Assembly (NCBI GenBank): GCA_016706255.1
Contig: JADJJZ010000029.1
Coordinates: 554,675 to 618,674, forward strand
DNA from: Bacteroidota bacterium
Lineage (GTDB): Bacteria > Bacteroidota > Bacteroidia > Chitinophagales > BACL12
DNA length: 64,000 nt
Direction: 5' to 3'
Shown here: positions 21,054-30,000 of the stretch, one piece after another
Numbering within the stretch: the first letter of the stretch is position 1
Layout: every line of letters starts with the position of its first letter
Position numbers and translations under genes: made by a program
The notes under the pieces: model-generated
Told to the model about the DNA's origin: nothing
Databases searched by the model: none
What the model saw: only the letters and a program-made list of their open reading frames with translations

Positions 21054-22562
21054 TCAGATTCCGAATATCAGCTTGCCCAATGTCATGGTAAATGTTGTAA
21101 TAACAATAGCTCCAATAATATCAAGCCATAAGCCTACGCGTAACATGGTTTTCACTTTCACCATTTCTGTTCCGAAGACTATAGTATTTGGCGGTGTGCC
21201 AACGGGCAGCATAAATGAATAACTGGCAGCAATTGTTACAGGCATCATAACCAGTAATGGCGGAATGCCCAATTCGGGAATAATCGGCAATAAAATCGCC
21301 ATAAATAAACTCACGGTTGCGGTGTTGCTGGCGAATTCTGAAAAAATGGTGGTAATAACACAAAGTGCAAAAATCATCACCCATTGGTTCAGCGATTTAA
21401 GGCCGACACAATTATTGGCAATCCATTCACTTAATCCGGAAACCTCTACACCTTTTGCCAAAGCAAAGCCACCACCAAATAAAAATAATATACCCAGCGG
21501 CAATCGTTTTACATCTTCCCAATTAATTAAGGCTTCACCTTTTTTATTTTTTGATGGAAAGAAAAATAAACTCAGTCCCATTAAAATGGCAACAAAACTT
21601 TCATTCACAAATTTTTCATCCGGGATAATATGTGCATTTAACAACATGGTTCTCCAACCTGTAATATTTAATCCCCAAATTTCTTTATCATCTAATGTAA
21701 ACCACAATAAAATAGCTGCTGAAAAAATCCATGCAATGGCTTTTTCCTCAAACGACATTTTTCCTAATTTGCGATATTCTTCTTTACAATAATTACTGTC
21801 CGGTAATACGTGATCACTTTTGGGCAGTAACAAATATTTAAATACTAAAAAACACACCAGTAAAAAAACCACACTCAGTGGAAATGCAAATAAAAACCAG
21901 TTCGAAAAATTTAATGGTGCTGCTGTGGCAAAATTTTCATCATAAAACTTCTTCATCACCATATTCGGCAAAGTGCCCACCAACGTTGCGGTTCCGCCGA
22001 TTGTTGAAGCATAGGAAATGGCGAGTAAAATTGCCGTTGCCAGTCCGCTGCGTTTGGTAGCATCACCTCCATGTAATTGTTTTATTACAGCCAATGCAAC
22101 GGGCAACATCATTAAAGTAGTAGAAGTATTATTCAGCCACATCGAAATAAAAAATGTTGCCAGCATAAAACCAAACAATAATTTTTCGGGTGAAGAACCA
22201 AATTTTATTAAAATGCGCAACGAAAAACGTTTATGTAAATCCCATCGTTCAATAGCAAATGTGAGCATAAAACCACCGATGTATAAAAAAATTACATCTT
22301 TCATATATTGTGGTGCAACAGCATCTATACCCATAATTCCCAAAATGGGAAATAATACAACCGGCATCAAACTGGTGACATAAATATTTACTGTTTCTGT
22401 CATCCACCAGTAAGCCATTAAAATTAAAACCGCGGCTGTTTTACTTACCTCAGGTGTGTTACCTGTTTCGTAAAAAATAAAACCAACCAATGTTCCTAAA
22501 ATGGGTCCTAAGAGTACTTTAAAATGTTTATTCACAGCAGCGAAGATAAAAAAAATGCCCAC
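21054..22562 (-). CDS. DASS/SLC13-family anion:sodium symporter
   Basis: ~12 hydrophobic segments. SNTATVSLFMAILLPI and PVGTPPNTIVFG motifs typical of DASS. The start is uncertain: GTG at 22562 or GTG at 22535 (NKHFKVLLGP). Confidence 0.8.
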   Translation of the reverse strand: MGIFFIFAAVNKHFKVLLGPILGTLVGFIFYETGNTPEVSKTAAVLILMAYWWMTETVNIYVTSLMPVVLFPILGIMGIDAVAPQYMKDVIFLYIGGFMLTFAIERWDLHKRFSLRILIKFGSSPEKLLFGFMLATFFISMWLNNTSTTLMMLPVALAVIKQLHGGDATKRSGLATAILLAISYASTIGGTATLVGTLPNMVMKKFYDENFATAAPLNFSNWFLFAFPLSVVFLLVCFLVFKYLLLPKSDHVLPDSNYCKEEYRKLGKMSFEEKAIAWIFSAAILLWFTLDDKEIWGLNITGWRTMLLNAHIIPDEKFVNESFVAILMGLSLFFFPSKNKKGEALINWEDVKRLPLGILFLFGGGFALAKGVEVSGLSEWIANNCVGLKSLNQWVMIFALCVITTIFSEFASNTATVSLFMAILLPIIPELGIPPLLVMMPVTIAASYSFMLPVGTPPNTIVFGTEMVKVKTMLRVGLWLDIIGAIVITTFTMTLGKLIFGI

Positions 22563-22582
22563 GGGAACATTAACTTTGCGTT

Positions 22583-23389
22583 ATGAAGGAAATTATTGAA
22601 CAGGCATGGAATGACAGGTCGCTACTGACCGATTCGGGTGTGCAGGAGACCATACGTGAGGTTGTAGCACAATTGGATTCCGGCAAATTGCGCGTTGCCG
22701 AAAAGGTGGATGGCAATTGGATGGTGAATGAATGGATAAAAAAGGCTGTCATCTTATATTTCCCGATTCAACCGATGGAAACGATTGAGGTTGGACCATT
22801 TGAATTTCACGATAAAATCCCCTTAAAAAAGAACCTGAAAGCAGCAGGTATACGCGTAGTTCCGCACGGATTAATTCGTCATGGTGCATTTGTTGCCAAA
22901 AATGTGATTGTAATGCCCGGTTACGTAAATATTGGTGCTTATGTGGATGAGGGCACTATGGTGGATACCTGGGCTACCGTGGGCAGTTGTGCGCAAATCG
23001 GCAAAAACGTGCATCTGAGCGGTGGCGTGGGCATTGGAGGGGTTTTAGAGCCCGTTCAGGCGAGCCCGGTAATTATTGAGGACAATTGTTTTATTGGTTC
23101 CAGATGTATTGTGGTTGAAGGTGTGGTTGTGGAAGAAGAGGCTGTGCTCGGAGCAAATGTTGTGCTTACGCAATCAACAAAAATAATTGATGTTACCGGT
23201 GACACACCAATTGAATATAAAGGTCGCGTGCCAAAACGCAGCGTTGTAATTCCAGGCTCCTACACCAAAAAATTCCCGGCAGGTGAATATCAGGTTCCTT
23301 GTGCATTAATTATCGGGACGAGGAAGGAGAGCACGGATAAAAAGACGAGTTTGAATGATGCTTTGCGCGACAATAGCGTTGCCGTGTAG
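22583..23389 (+). CDS. dapD: 2,3,4,5-tetrahydropyridine-2,6-dicarboxylate N-succinyltransferase
   Basis: 268 aa. N-terminal helical domain followed by left-handed beta-helix hexapeptide repeats (GAYVDEGTMVDTWATVGSCAQIGKNVHLSGGVGIGGVLEP). Confidence 0.85.
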   Translation: MKEIIEQAWNDRSLLTDSGVQETIREVVAQLDSGKLRVAEKVDGNWMVNEWIKKAVILYFPIQPMETIEVGPFEFHDKIPLKKNLKAAGIRVVPHGLIRHGAFVAKNVIVMPGYVNIGAYVDEGTMVDTWATVGSCAQIGKNVHLSGGVGIGGVLEPVQASPVIIEDNCFIGSRCIVVEGVVVEEEAVLGANVVLTQSTKIIDVTGDTPIEYKGRVPKRSVVIPGSYTKKFPAGEYQVPCALIIGTRKESTDKKTSLNDALRDNSVAV

Positions 23390-23390
23390 C

Positions 23391-23625
23391 AATTAGCTGA
23401 TTAGCTGATTAGCAAATTAGCTAATGGGGGGTTGGAGTAAAATGAAATTGAATCCCAATAGATATCATTTAAACGAAAAAAGTTAAAATGGAATTAATGC
23501 ACTCATTTGCTGAAAGCAAATGAGAACGATAAAGTAATTAAACAAAAAATATTTATTAAAAATCAAAATTTTCAATCACACTCAAAATCCAATTAGCTAA
23601 TTTGCTAATCAGCTAATTTGCTAAT
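23391..23625. repeat. 35-nt inverted repeat arms built from an 8-bp periodic ATTAGCWR unit, flanking a 165-bp spacer
   Basis: Left arm 23391-23425 is AATTAGCTGATTAGCTGATTAGCAAATTAGCTAAT. Right arm 23591-23625 is AATTAGCTAATTTGCTAATCAGCTAATTTGCTAAT. Arms are complementary at 32 of 34 positions. An internal perfect 9-bp hairpin lies at 23502-23524. Confidence 0.8.
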
Positions 23626-23646
23626 AAAATCACCATTAAATCAAAA

Positions 23647-25089
23647 ATGAATCCGCAAACTTCACCCCTCTCCTTTTCATCAGAAGAAAATTTTCTGTTT
23701 GAAAAAATTGCTGCCTGTGCTGAGCAGTTGGGGTTTCCGTGTTATGTGGTGGGGGGATTTGTTAGGGATAAATTGTTGGGCAGAAATTATAAAAAGGATA
23801 TTGATTTTGTTTGTTTGGGCAGTGGAATTTTGTTGGCGCGATTGGTTGCGGAAAATTTGCCGGGACAACCTTTTGTTGCGGAATTTAAAAATTTTGGGAC
23901 AGCACATTTTAAGTTTAATGATATTGATGTAGAATTTGTTGGGGCGAGAAAAGAATCCTATCATCGTGAATCGCGGAAGCCGGTTGTGGAAGATGGTACT
24001 TTGGAAGATGACCAGTTGCGTCGCGATTTTACGATTAATGCATTGGCTATTTCGCTGAATAAAAATGATTACGGCAAATTAATTGACCCGTTTAATGGTG
24101 TTGCTGATCTTGAAGACAGAATTATAAGAACACCTCGGGAGCCGCATATTACCTTTAGTGATGACCCGCTGCGTATGATGCGCGCGATTCGTTTTGCCGC
24201 ACAATTAAATTTTGATATTGAATCGGAAACATACGCCGGAATAAAAGCTGCTAAAGAACGAATAAATATTATTTCGCAGGAAAGGATTAGCGATGAATTA
24301 AATAAAATATTATTGTCACCAAAACCTTCAATCGGATTGTATTATTTATCGGATTCTGGATTGCTGGAATACATTTTTCCTGAGCTGGAAAGCATGCATG
24401 GAACCGATATGATTGACGGCAACGGACATAAAGATAATTTTTATCATACACTGGAAGTTGTGGATAATATCAGTGCTACAACCGAAAATTTATGGTTACG
24501 ATGGGCTGCTTTGTTACATGATATTGCCAAGCCGGTTACTAAAAAATATGTACCACCAACCGGATGGACATTTCATGGGCACGAAATTGTTGGTGCTAAA
24601 ATGGCCAGACGAATTTTTACGCGATTAAAATTACCATTGCAACAGGAATTACGTCAGGTGCAAAATTTGGTGGCTTTACACATGCGACCAATTTCTTTAA
24701 CGAAAGAAAATGTTACCGACTCCGCCATTCGCCGTTTATTGTTTGAAGCAGGTGAAGATTTAGAAGGGCTGATGTTGTTATGTCAGGCCGATATCACCAC
24801 CAAAAATCGTTTGAAAGTAAAACGGTATAAAGAAAATTTTGAAATGGTACGTGAGAAATTACGCGATGTGGAAGAACGCGACCATATTCGTAATTTTCAA
24901 CCACCCATTACCGGTGAATTAATTATGGAAATATTTAATATTAAACCGGGCAAAGAAGTTGGAATTATTAAAGATTATGTTCGGGAATCTATTTTAGACG
25001 GATTAATTCCGAATGATTACGATAAGGCTTATCAGCTCATGATAGAAAAAGGAAGAGAACTCGGTTTACAAATTGTTGCGAATAAATAA
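23647..25089 (+). CDS. cca: CCA-adding tRNA nucleotidyltransferase / poly(A) polymerase-family protein with HD domain
   Basis: GGFVRDKLLGR...DIDF nucleotidyltransferase head, RDFTINA, and an HD region (ALLHDIAKP). 480 aa. Confidence 0.75.
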   Translation: MNPQTSPLSFSSEENFLFEKIAACAEQLGFPCYVVGGFVRDKLLGRNYKKDIDFVCLGSGILLARLVAENLPGQPFVAEFKNFGTAHFKFNDIDVEFVGARKESYHRESRKPVVEDGTLEDDQLRRDFTINALAISLNKNDYGKLIDPFNGVADLEDRIIRTPREPHITFSDDPLRMMRAIRFAAQLNFDIESETYAGIKAAKERINIISQERISDELNKILLSPKPSIGLYYLSDSGLLEYIFPELESMHGTDMIDGNGHKDNFYHTLEVVDNISATTENLWLRWAALLHDIAKPVTKKYVPPTGWTFHGHEIVGAKMARRIFTRLKLPLQQELRQVQNLVALHMRPISLTKENVTDSAIRRLLFEAGEDLEGLMLLCQADITTKNRLKVKRYKENFEMVREKLRDVEERDHIRNFQPPITGELIMEIFNIKPGKEVGIIKDYVRESILDGLIPNDYDKAYQLMIEKGRELGLQIVANK

Positions 25090-25984
25090 ATTGACAAACA
25101 AGAAAAAATTAATCGTAATTGCCGGACCAACAGCTTCCGGAAAAACGGCTTTGGCAATTGAATTGGCTAAGGCGTTACAAACGGTTATTTTATCTGCAGA
25201 CGCAAGACAATTTTACCGCGAAATGCAAATTGGCACCGCCAAACCAACCGAAGCAGAATTAAATGCCGTGCAACATTATTTTATCAATAATTTATCTATT
25301 CACGATGATTATGATGCGGGAAAATATGAGGCGGAAGTAATTCAGTTATTGGATAAATTATTTCTGCAACATGATTCTGTTATTTTATGCGGGGGCAGTG
25401 GTTTATTTATTAAAGCAGTGACGGATGGTTTTGATGAAATTCCGGAAACAACACCGGAAGTGCGCGAACAGGTGCAACAGTTGTATGCACAAAACGGATT
25501 AAGCTGGTTGCAGGAAACCATTTTGCAAAAAGATCCTGTTTATTATCAAAATTCAGACATTCAAAATCCAAAACGATTATTGCGTGCACTGGAAGTAATT
25601 ACCCAAACGGGAAATCCATTTTCATCGTACCATAAACAACATCAGCAGCAACGAAATTTTGATGTGATTAAAATTTGCCTTTCTATTGACCGCGATTTGT
25701 TATATGAACGTATTAATCAGCGTGTAATAAATATGTTTGATGCGGGATTGGAGGATGAAGTGAAAGCATTAATTCCGTATAAAAATCTCAATGCATTACA
25801 AACTGTCGGTTATACAGAGTTATTTGAATTTTTTGAGGGCAAAATAAGCAAAAAACGTGCGCTGGAATTAATTCAGCAGCATACCAGAAATTATGCAAAA
25901 CGACAATTAACCTGGTTCAGAAAAGACAGTGGTTTTATTTGGTGCAAACCTGATTTAAATGAAATTTTACCATTGTGTAAATAA
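25073..25984 (+). CDS. miaA: tRNA dimethylallyltransferase
   Basis: P-loop IAGPTASGKTALAIELA, SADARQFYREMQIGTAKP, and C-terminal YAKRQLTWFRK. The TTG start at 25073 overlaps the preceding gene, so the exact start is uncertain. Confidence 0.85.
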   Translation: MLRINKLTNKKKLIVIAGPTASGKTALAIELAKALQTVILSADARQFYREMQIGTAKPTEAELNAVQHYFINNLSIHDDYDAGKYEAEVIQLLDKLFLQHDSVILCGGSGLFIKAVTDGFDEIPETTPEVREQVQQLYAQNGLSWLQETILQKDPVYYQNSDIQNPKRLLRALEVITQTGNPFSSYHKQHQQQRNFDVIKICLSIDRDLLYERINQRVINMFDAGLEDEVKALIPYKNLNALQTVGYTELFEFFEGKISKKRALELIQQHTRNYAKRQLTWFRKDSGFIWCKPDLNEILPLCK

Positions 25985-25995
25985 CGAAATGCAAG

Positions 25996-26496
25996 ATGAA
26001 AATTTTATTATTATCTGATACACATGGTTATTTGGATGAAGGCATTTTAAAACATGCTGCAGCAGCTGATGAAATTTGGCATGCCGGCGATTTTGGTACT
26101 ATTGAAGTAGTTGATCAGTTACAAAAAATTAAACCCTTGCGCGGGGTTTGGGGAAATATTGATGGCAAAGATGTTCGTATTGTTTATCCGCTCGATAATC
26201 GGTTTACGATTGATGGTTTAGATGTTTGGATGACACATATTGGTGGGTATCCCGGACATTATGAGCAACGCGTTAGAAATATACTTACTGCCTATCCGCC
26301 ACAATTATTTATTTGCGGACATTCACATATTTTGAAGGTGATGCGTGATGCCAAATACAATATGTTGTGTATGAATCCCGGAGCTGCGGGTGTGCATGGT
26401 TTTCATAAAGTAAGAACTATGATTCGCTTTGAAATCAATAAAGGCAAAATTGAAAAGCCTGAAGTTATTGAGTTGGGGTTAAGAGGAAAACTGTAA
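25996..26496 (+). CDS. metallophosphoesterase-family protein (YfcE/MJ0936-like)
   Basis: LLLSDTHG, HAGD, GNID, CGHSH metal-binding motifs. 166 aa. Confidence 0.8.
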   Translation: MKILLLSDTHGYLDEGILKHAAAADEIWHAGDFGTIEVVDQLQKIKPLRGVWGNIDGKDVRIVYPLDNRFTIDGLDVWMTHIGGYPGHYEQRVRNILTAYPPQLFICGHSHILKVMRDAKYNMLCMNPGAAGVHGFHKVRTMIRFEINKGKIEKPEVIELGLRGKL

Positions 26497-26561
26497 CAGT
26501 AGCACCACTGAAGGTTCTAATCAAATCATTATTCATTTTCATTCAAAGCTCCAAACTTGTT

Positions 26562-26643
26562 CTAGCCCGGGGTGTAGCGAAAAGCCCGCAGGAGCAGGAA
26601 CGCAGTGGAGGCGACGAGGACTTGCAGCGGAACACCGGCAACG
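26562..26643. other. short G+C-rich island in AT-rich intergenic DNA, with an imperfect internal direct repeat
   Basis: CTAGCCCGGGGTGTAGCGAAAAGCCCGCAGGAGCAGGAACGCAGTGGAGGCGACGAGGACTTGCAGCGGAACACCGGCAACG. TGTAGCGAAAAGCCCGCA and TGCAGCGGAACACCGGCA match at 13 of 18 positions. Confidence 0.4.
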
Positions 26644-26851
26644 ATTTTGATACGAAGTGCGATGTTTATGCTCCAATTAATCTACATAATGCCATTTTGT
26701 CCGTTTATTAGCTTTCAAACTGCCAATTTGTCCTATTAAACATGTAATTTTTGCAACCTTTGTCGTGGTTTTACGTAAAAATGCCGTCTGGTATTTAGTT
26801 TGAATAGGGTCTGTCGTCAAACAAATTTTCAAACTAAAAACAAAAAACGAT

Positions 26852-27289
26852 ATGTTAACTGTAAGACGCAGACCAAACGGAGTTCCAACATTTGTAAATG
26901 TATTTGAGGACTTCTTCAACCAGGCATTTCCTGAAAAATTTATTAATGTGAAGGGTGAATTTACACCTTCGGTAAACGTGATTGAGAACGACAAATTATT
27001 TCATTTAGAATTTGCTGTTCCCGGTTTCGACAAAGCTGATTTTGATGTGAACATTGAAAAAGAATTTATTACCGTGAGTGGTAAAAAAGAAGTGAAAACT
27101 GATGTAGCGGAAAAAAATTACACCCGTAAAGAATTTGTTTACAGCAGTTTCAAACGCACATTTAACTTACCTGAAAACGTGGCTACAGAAGCAATTACGG
27201 CAAGTTATGAAAACGGAATTTTACATCTTGAATTACCTAAAAAAGAAGTGAAACCCGTAACCGAAGTGAAAAAAATTGAAATAAAATAA
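26852..27289 (+). CDS. Hsp20/alpha-crystallin-family small heat-shock protein
   Basis: 145 aa. Alpha-crystallin core (PSVNVIENDKLFHLEFAVPGFDKADFDVNIE...ASYENGILHLELPK). Confidence 0.85.
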   Translation: MLTVRRRPNGVPTFVNVFEDFFNQAFPEKFINVKGEFTPSVNVIENDKLFHLEFAVPGFDKADFDVNIEKEFITVSGKKEVKTDVAEKNYTRKEFVYSSFKRTFNLPENVATEAITASYENGILHLELPKKEVKPVTEVKKIEIK

Positions 27290-27316
27290 GTGGGTAATAG
27301 TGGTTGATTAAAAGAA

Positions 27317-27348
27317 AACCCCGGCGATAACTCGTCGGGGTTCTTTTA
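27317..27348. terminator. rho-independent terminator
   Basis: AACCCCGGCG-ATAACT-CGTCGGGGTT followed by CTTTT. Located between convergent genes. Confidence 0.65.
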
Positions 27349-27370
27349 TTGTGCCGGTTAAGCAGCAAAA

Positions 27371-28285
27371 TTATTTTCTAACAACAAATTTATTGCTATA
27401 AACAACAGTACCGTTGTCGATTAAACGGAAAGTATAAATACCGCTTGCATAAGCAGCAAGATTTACGCTGTTCATTTCAGGTGAAAGTGTTACCACATCA
27501 ACCTTTTGACCGTTCATATTGTAAACTTCCAAAGTAACATCGTTGTTTGCAGGGTTGTTGATGTTAATGTATTCGCTTGCAGGATTTGGATAAATGTTAC
27601 GAGCAATACCATAACCTTCAAAATCTTCAACGTTGATACCACCAGTTACTTCTAAATCATCAACATACAATACTGAACCGGGAACTAATGAAGTAAATCC
27701 ACCGGAAGAAGTAATGATAATTTGCATTTGATCAGGAACTGCAGGAACAAAGTAAGTGATAGGGCAGTTAAATGACTGATAAGAACCGGAAGTTGCAGGG
27801 TCGCGATATTGGCCCATACCGATTGTATCTTCACCTAACAACATTAACACAACCACGTTCATTGTATCTGAACCTGATGGAGCATATTGATAGTAACCAC
27901 CTAATGCATCGTAAGCAGCAGTAATAGGAGCGCCACCAACAACAGCAGGTGTAAAGGTTACGAAATCGAAGCTGATAACACCAGTAGTAATTGTTCCGGG
28001 AACATCTAAAGGTGTTCCTAATACGTTTAATGTTTTAGTTTCTAAACGTGCTGCAGCAGAACCACCATGCACATTTGATGTTTCTTTGGTACAGTTACGG
28101 TCAGCAATACCAAGATCGGCAGCAATTTTATCCGGAACATCCCAACCTGATGGAACATCAGCTGAAATGCCCGATGCAAGTGACGTGTAAACTGTCCAGG
28201 CCTCAAGGTTGCCATTAGGCACCTGTCCGTAGGCAGCTGATAAAAGGGTAATAAATGTTAAAGAAAGTAGTAGACGAATTTTCAT
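27371..28285 (-). CDS. hypothetical T9SS C-terminal-domain secreted protein
   Basis: Signal peptide MKIRLLLSLTFITLLSAAYGQ. CTD (NIYPNPASEYININ...GIYTFRLIDNGTVVYSNKFVVRK). Confidence 0.7.
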   Translation of the reverse strand: MKIRLLLSLTFITLLSAAYGQVPNGNLEAWTVYTSLASGISADVPSGWDVPDKIAADLGIADRNCTKETSNVHGGSAAARLETKTLNVLGTPLDVPGTITTGVISFDFVTFTPAVVGGAPITAAYDALGGYYQYAPSGSDTMNVVVLMLLGEDTIGMGQYRDPATSGSYQSFNCPITYFVPAVPDQMQIIITSSGGFTSLVPGSVLYVDDLEVTGGINVEDFEGYGIARNIYPNPASEYININNPANNDVTLEVYNMNGQKVDVVTLSPEMNSVNLAAYASGIYTFRLIDNGTVVYSNKFVVRK

Positions 28286-28376
28286 ACTCTTGTTTTTATT
28301 AGTTATTTAATGAATTTGACTATTTTGAAAGGTAAATATATAGTAATTCTGCGAATTATTAAATTATTGTGAAGTA

Positions 28377-28976
28377 TTAACGGTTGGTATACTTATACAC
28401 CAAAGCCCCCAAACCCGCTCCTGCTAAGGCTGTTAAGGCATGTATACAACTATCGAAACCATATGCCTGCAGATTAAAAATATTAAATCCCAATGACACA
28501 GCAGGGTTAAAAGCAGCACCACTTACCGGCCGCGCAGCCATTATTCCGGCAAACACGACACTGCTGATTGCCAGTCCGTAATACTGATTACCTTTGGCAG
28601 CAGGTGCAATGGCCACATTTAAAATAACCAGCATCAGCGCAAATGTGAAGGCTATTTCAAGCAATATGGCTTCGGGCAACAGGCCATCTGCAATTACAAG
28701 ATTTACCTGATTTTCGTTTAATAATAAACATAAACCCGCAGCTAAAATTGCCCCTGCAAACTGGGCAATCCAATAACGAATAGCATCGTATAATCTAATA
28801 GCACCACACATCATAAAACCCACTGTTACGGCAGGATTATAATGTGCCCCGCTGATATGTCCACCCATATATATCAACGCCATTAAAACCCCTGCAATGG
28901 CAAATACATCGCCGGAAATGCCGATTGTAAATACTAAAAAGAAAGTGCCGATAAATTCGACTAAATATTTTTTCAT
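28377..28976 (-). CDS. MIP/aquaporin-family channel (short form)
   Basis: Two NPA boxes (GAHYNPAVT and GAAFNPAVS). Six hydrophobic segments. 199 aa. Confidence 0.8.
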   Translation of the reverse strand: MKKYLVEFIGTFFLVFTIGISGDVFAIAGVLMALIYMGGHISGAHYNPAVTVGFMMCGAIRLYDAIRYWIAQFAGAILAAGLCLLLNENQVNLVIADGLLPEAILLEIAFTFALMLVILNVAIAPAAKGNQYYGLAISSVVFAGIMAARPVSGAAFNPAVSLGFNIFNLQAYGFDSCIHALTALAGAGLGALVYKYTNR

Positions 28977-29108
28977 TTCAATTATGCGCCCAAAGATTAT
29001 TAAAAAAATGCAATTATTTGCTCAACTTATGAACGCAATTCAAATTGTGGTGTTCATATGCTACCAATCACAAACGGTATATTAATTTTACATCAAATTT
29101 ATTTAAAC

Positions 29109-29579
29109 ATGAAACTTGACATTGGCCAGCAGGCACCTGATTTTTTAATGTATGATACTGATAAACAGGCAGTACGCCTGAGTGAACAAAACGGTAAAAA
29201 TGTGTTATTGTTATTTTTTCCATTTGCTTTTACATCAACCTGCACTGCTGAATTATGTGCAACCAGAGATGATATTGCGTTTTATCAAAATGTAAATGCA
29301 GAAGTATATGGTATTAGTGTTGATGCACCATACTCGTTAAAAGTATTTAAAGAAGAACAAAAATTAAATTTCCCTTTATTAAGCGATTTTAATAAAACGG
29401 TTTCTGAAACCTATGGTTGTATTTATGACCGTTGGGGAATGGAATTAAAAGGTGTATCAAAACGCAGCGCTTTTGTAATTGATAAAGATGGTATTATTCG
29501 TTATGCAGAAATTTTAGAAAATGCAGGCGCAATTCCCGATTTTGATGCCATTAAAAAAGTTTTGGAAACTTTAAATTAA
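29109..29579 (+). CDS. peroxiredoxin (AhpC/TSA / redoxin family)
   Basis: Start at MKLDIGQQAPDF. FFPFAFTSTCTAELC peroxidatic-Cys context. Confidence 0.8.
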   Translation: MKLDIGQQAPDFLMYDTDKQAVRLSEQNGKNVLLLFFPFAFTSTCTAELCATRDDIAFYQNVNAEVYGISVDAPYSLKVFKEEQKLNFPLLSDFNKTVSETYGCIYDRWGMELKGVSKRSAFVIDKDGIIRYAEILENAGAIPDFDAIKKVLETLN

Positions 29580-29588
29580 TTTCTGCCG

Positions 29589-29993
29589 ATGTTTAATGTA
29601 CGTGTGTATGGCTTATTAATACATAATAATGCCATTTTAGTAGTGCAGGAGCCTGTAAAAAATAATCGTATTATTAAATTTCCGGGAGGCGGATTAGAAT
29701 TTGGTGAAGGCACAGTAGACGGGCTGAAACGCGAGTTTAAGGAGGAATTACAGGCTACAATTTTTAATGTGCGGCATTTTTATACCACCGATTTTTTTGT
29801 GCAGAGTTTCATTAATCCTGAACATCAGGTAATCAGTATTTATTATCTGGTGGATGCTGCAATTGAAGAACTCAATTTTAATAATGATGAAGGATTAGTT
29901 TTTCAATGGATTCCGATGCACGATTTACATACTGAATTATTTCCTTTGCCCATTGATAAACATGTGGTGCAATTATTAAAAGGCAACGCTTAA
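29589..29993 (+). CDS. NUDIX hydrolase
   Basis: Nudix box GGGLEFGEGTVDGLKREFKEELQ. Confidence 0.8.
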   Translation: MFNVRVYGLLIHNNAILVVQEPVKNNRIIKFPGGGLEFGEGTVDGLKREFKEELQATIFNVRHFYTTDFFVQSFINPEHQVISIYYLVDAAIEELNFNNDEGLVFQWIPMHDLHTELFPLPIDKHVVQLLKGNA

Positions 29994-30000
29994 AAAAATA

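Noticed and set aside
21265-21792. 175-aa plus-strand ORF, with others at 22018-22383 and 21121-21384, inside the DASS transporter gene.
   Set aside because: These are antisense or alternative-frame ORFs within a clearly supported membrane-transporter gene. They are a compositional artefact.
26677-26994. 105-aa minus-strand ORF overlapping the start of the Hsp20 gene.
   Set aside because: It is antisense to a well-supported gene and its upstream region, and shows no recognisable features.
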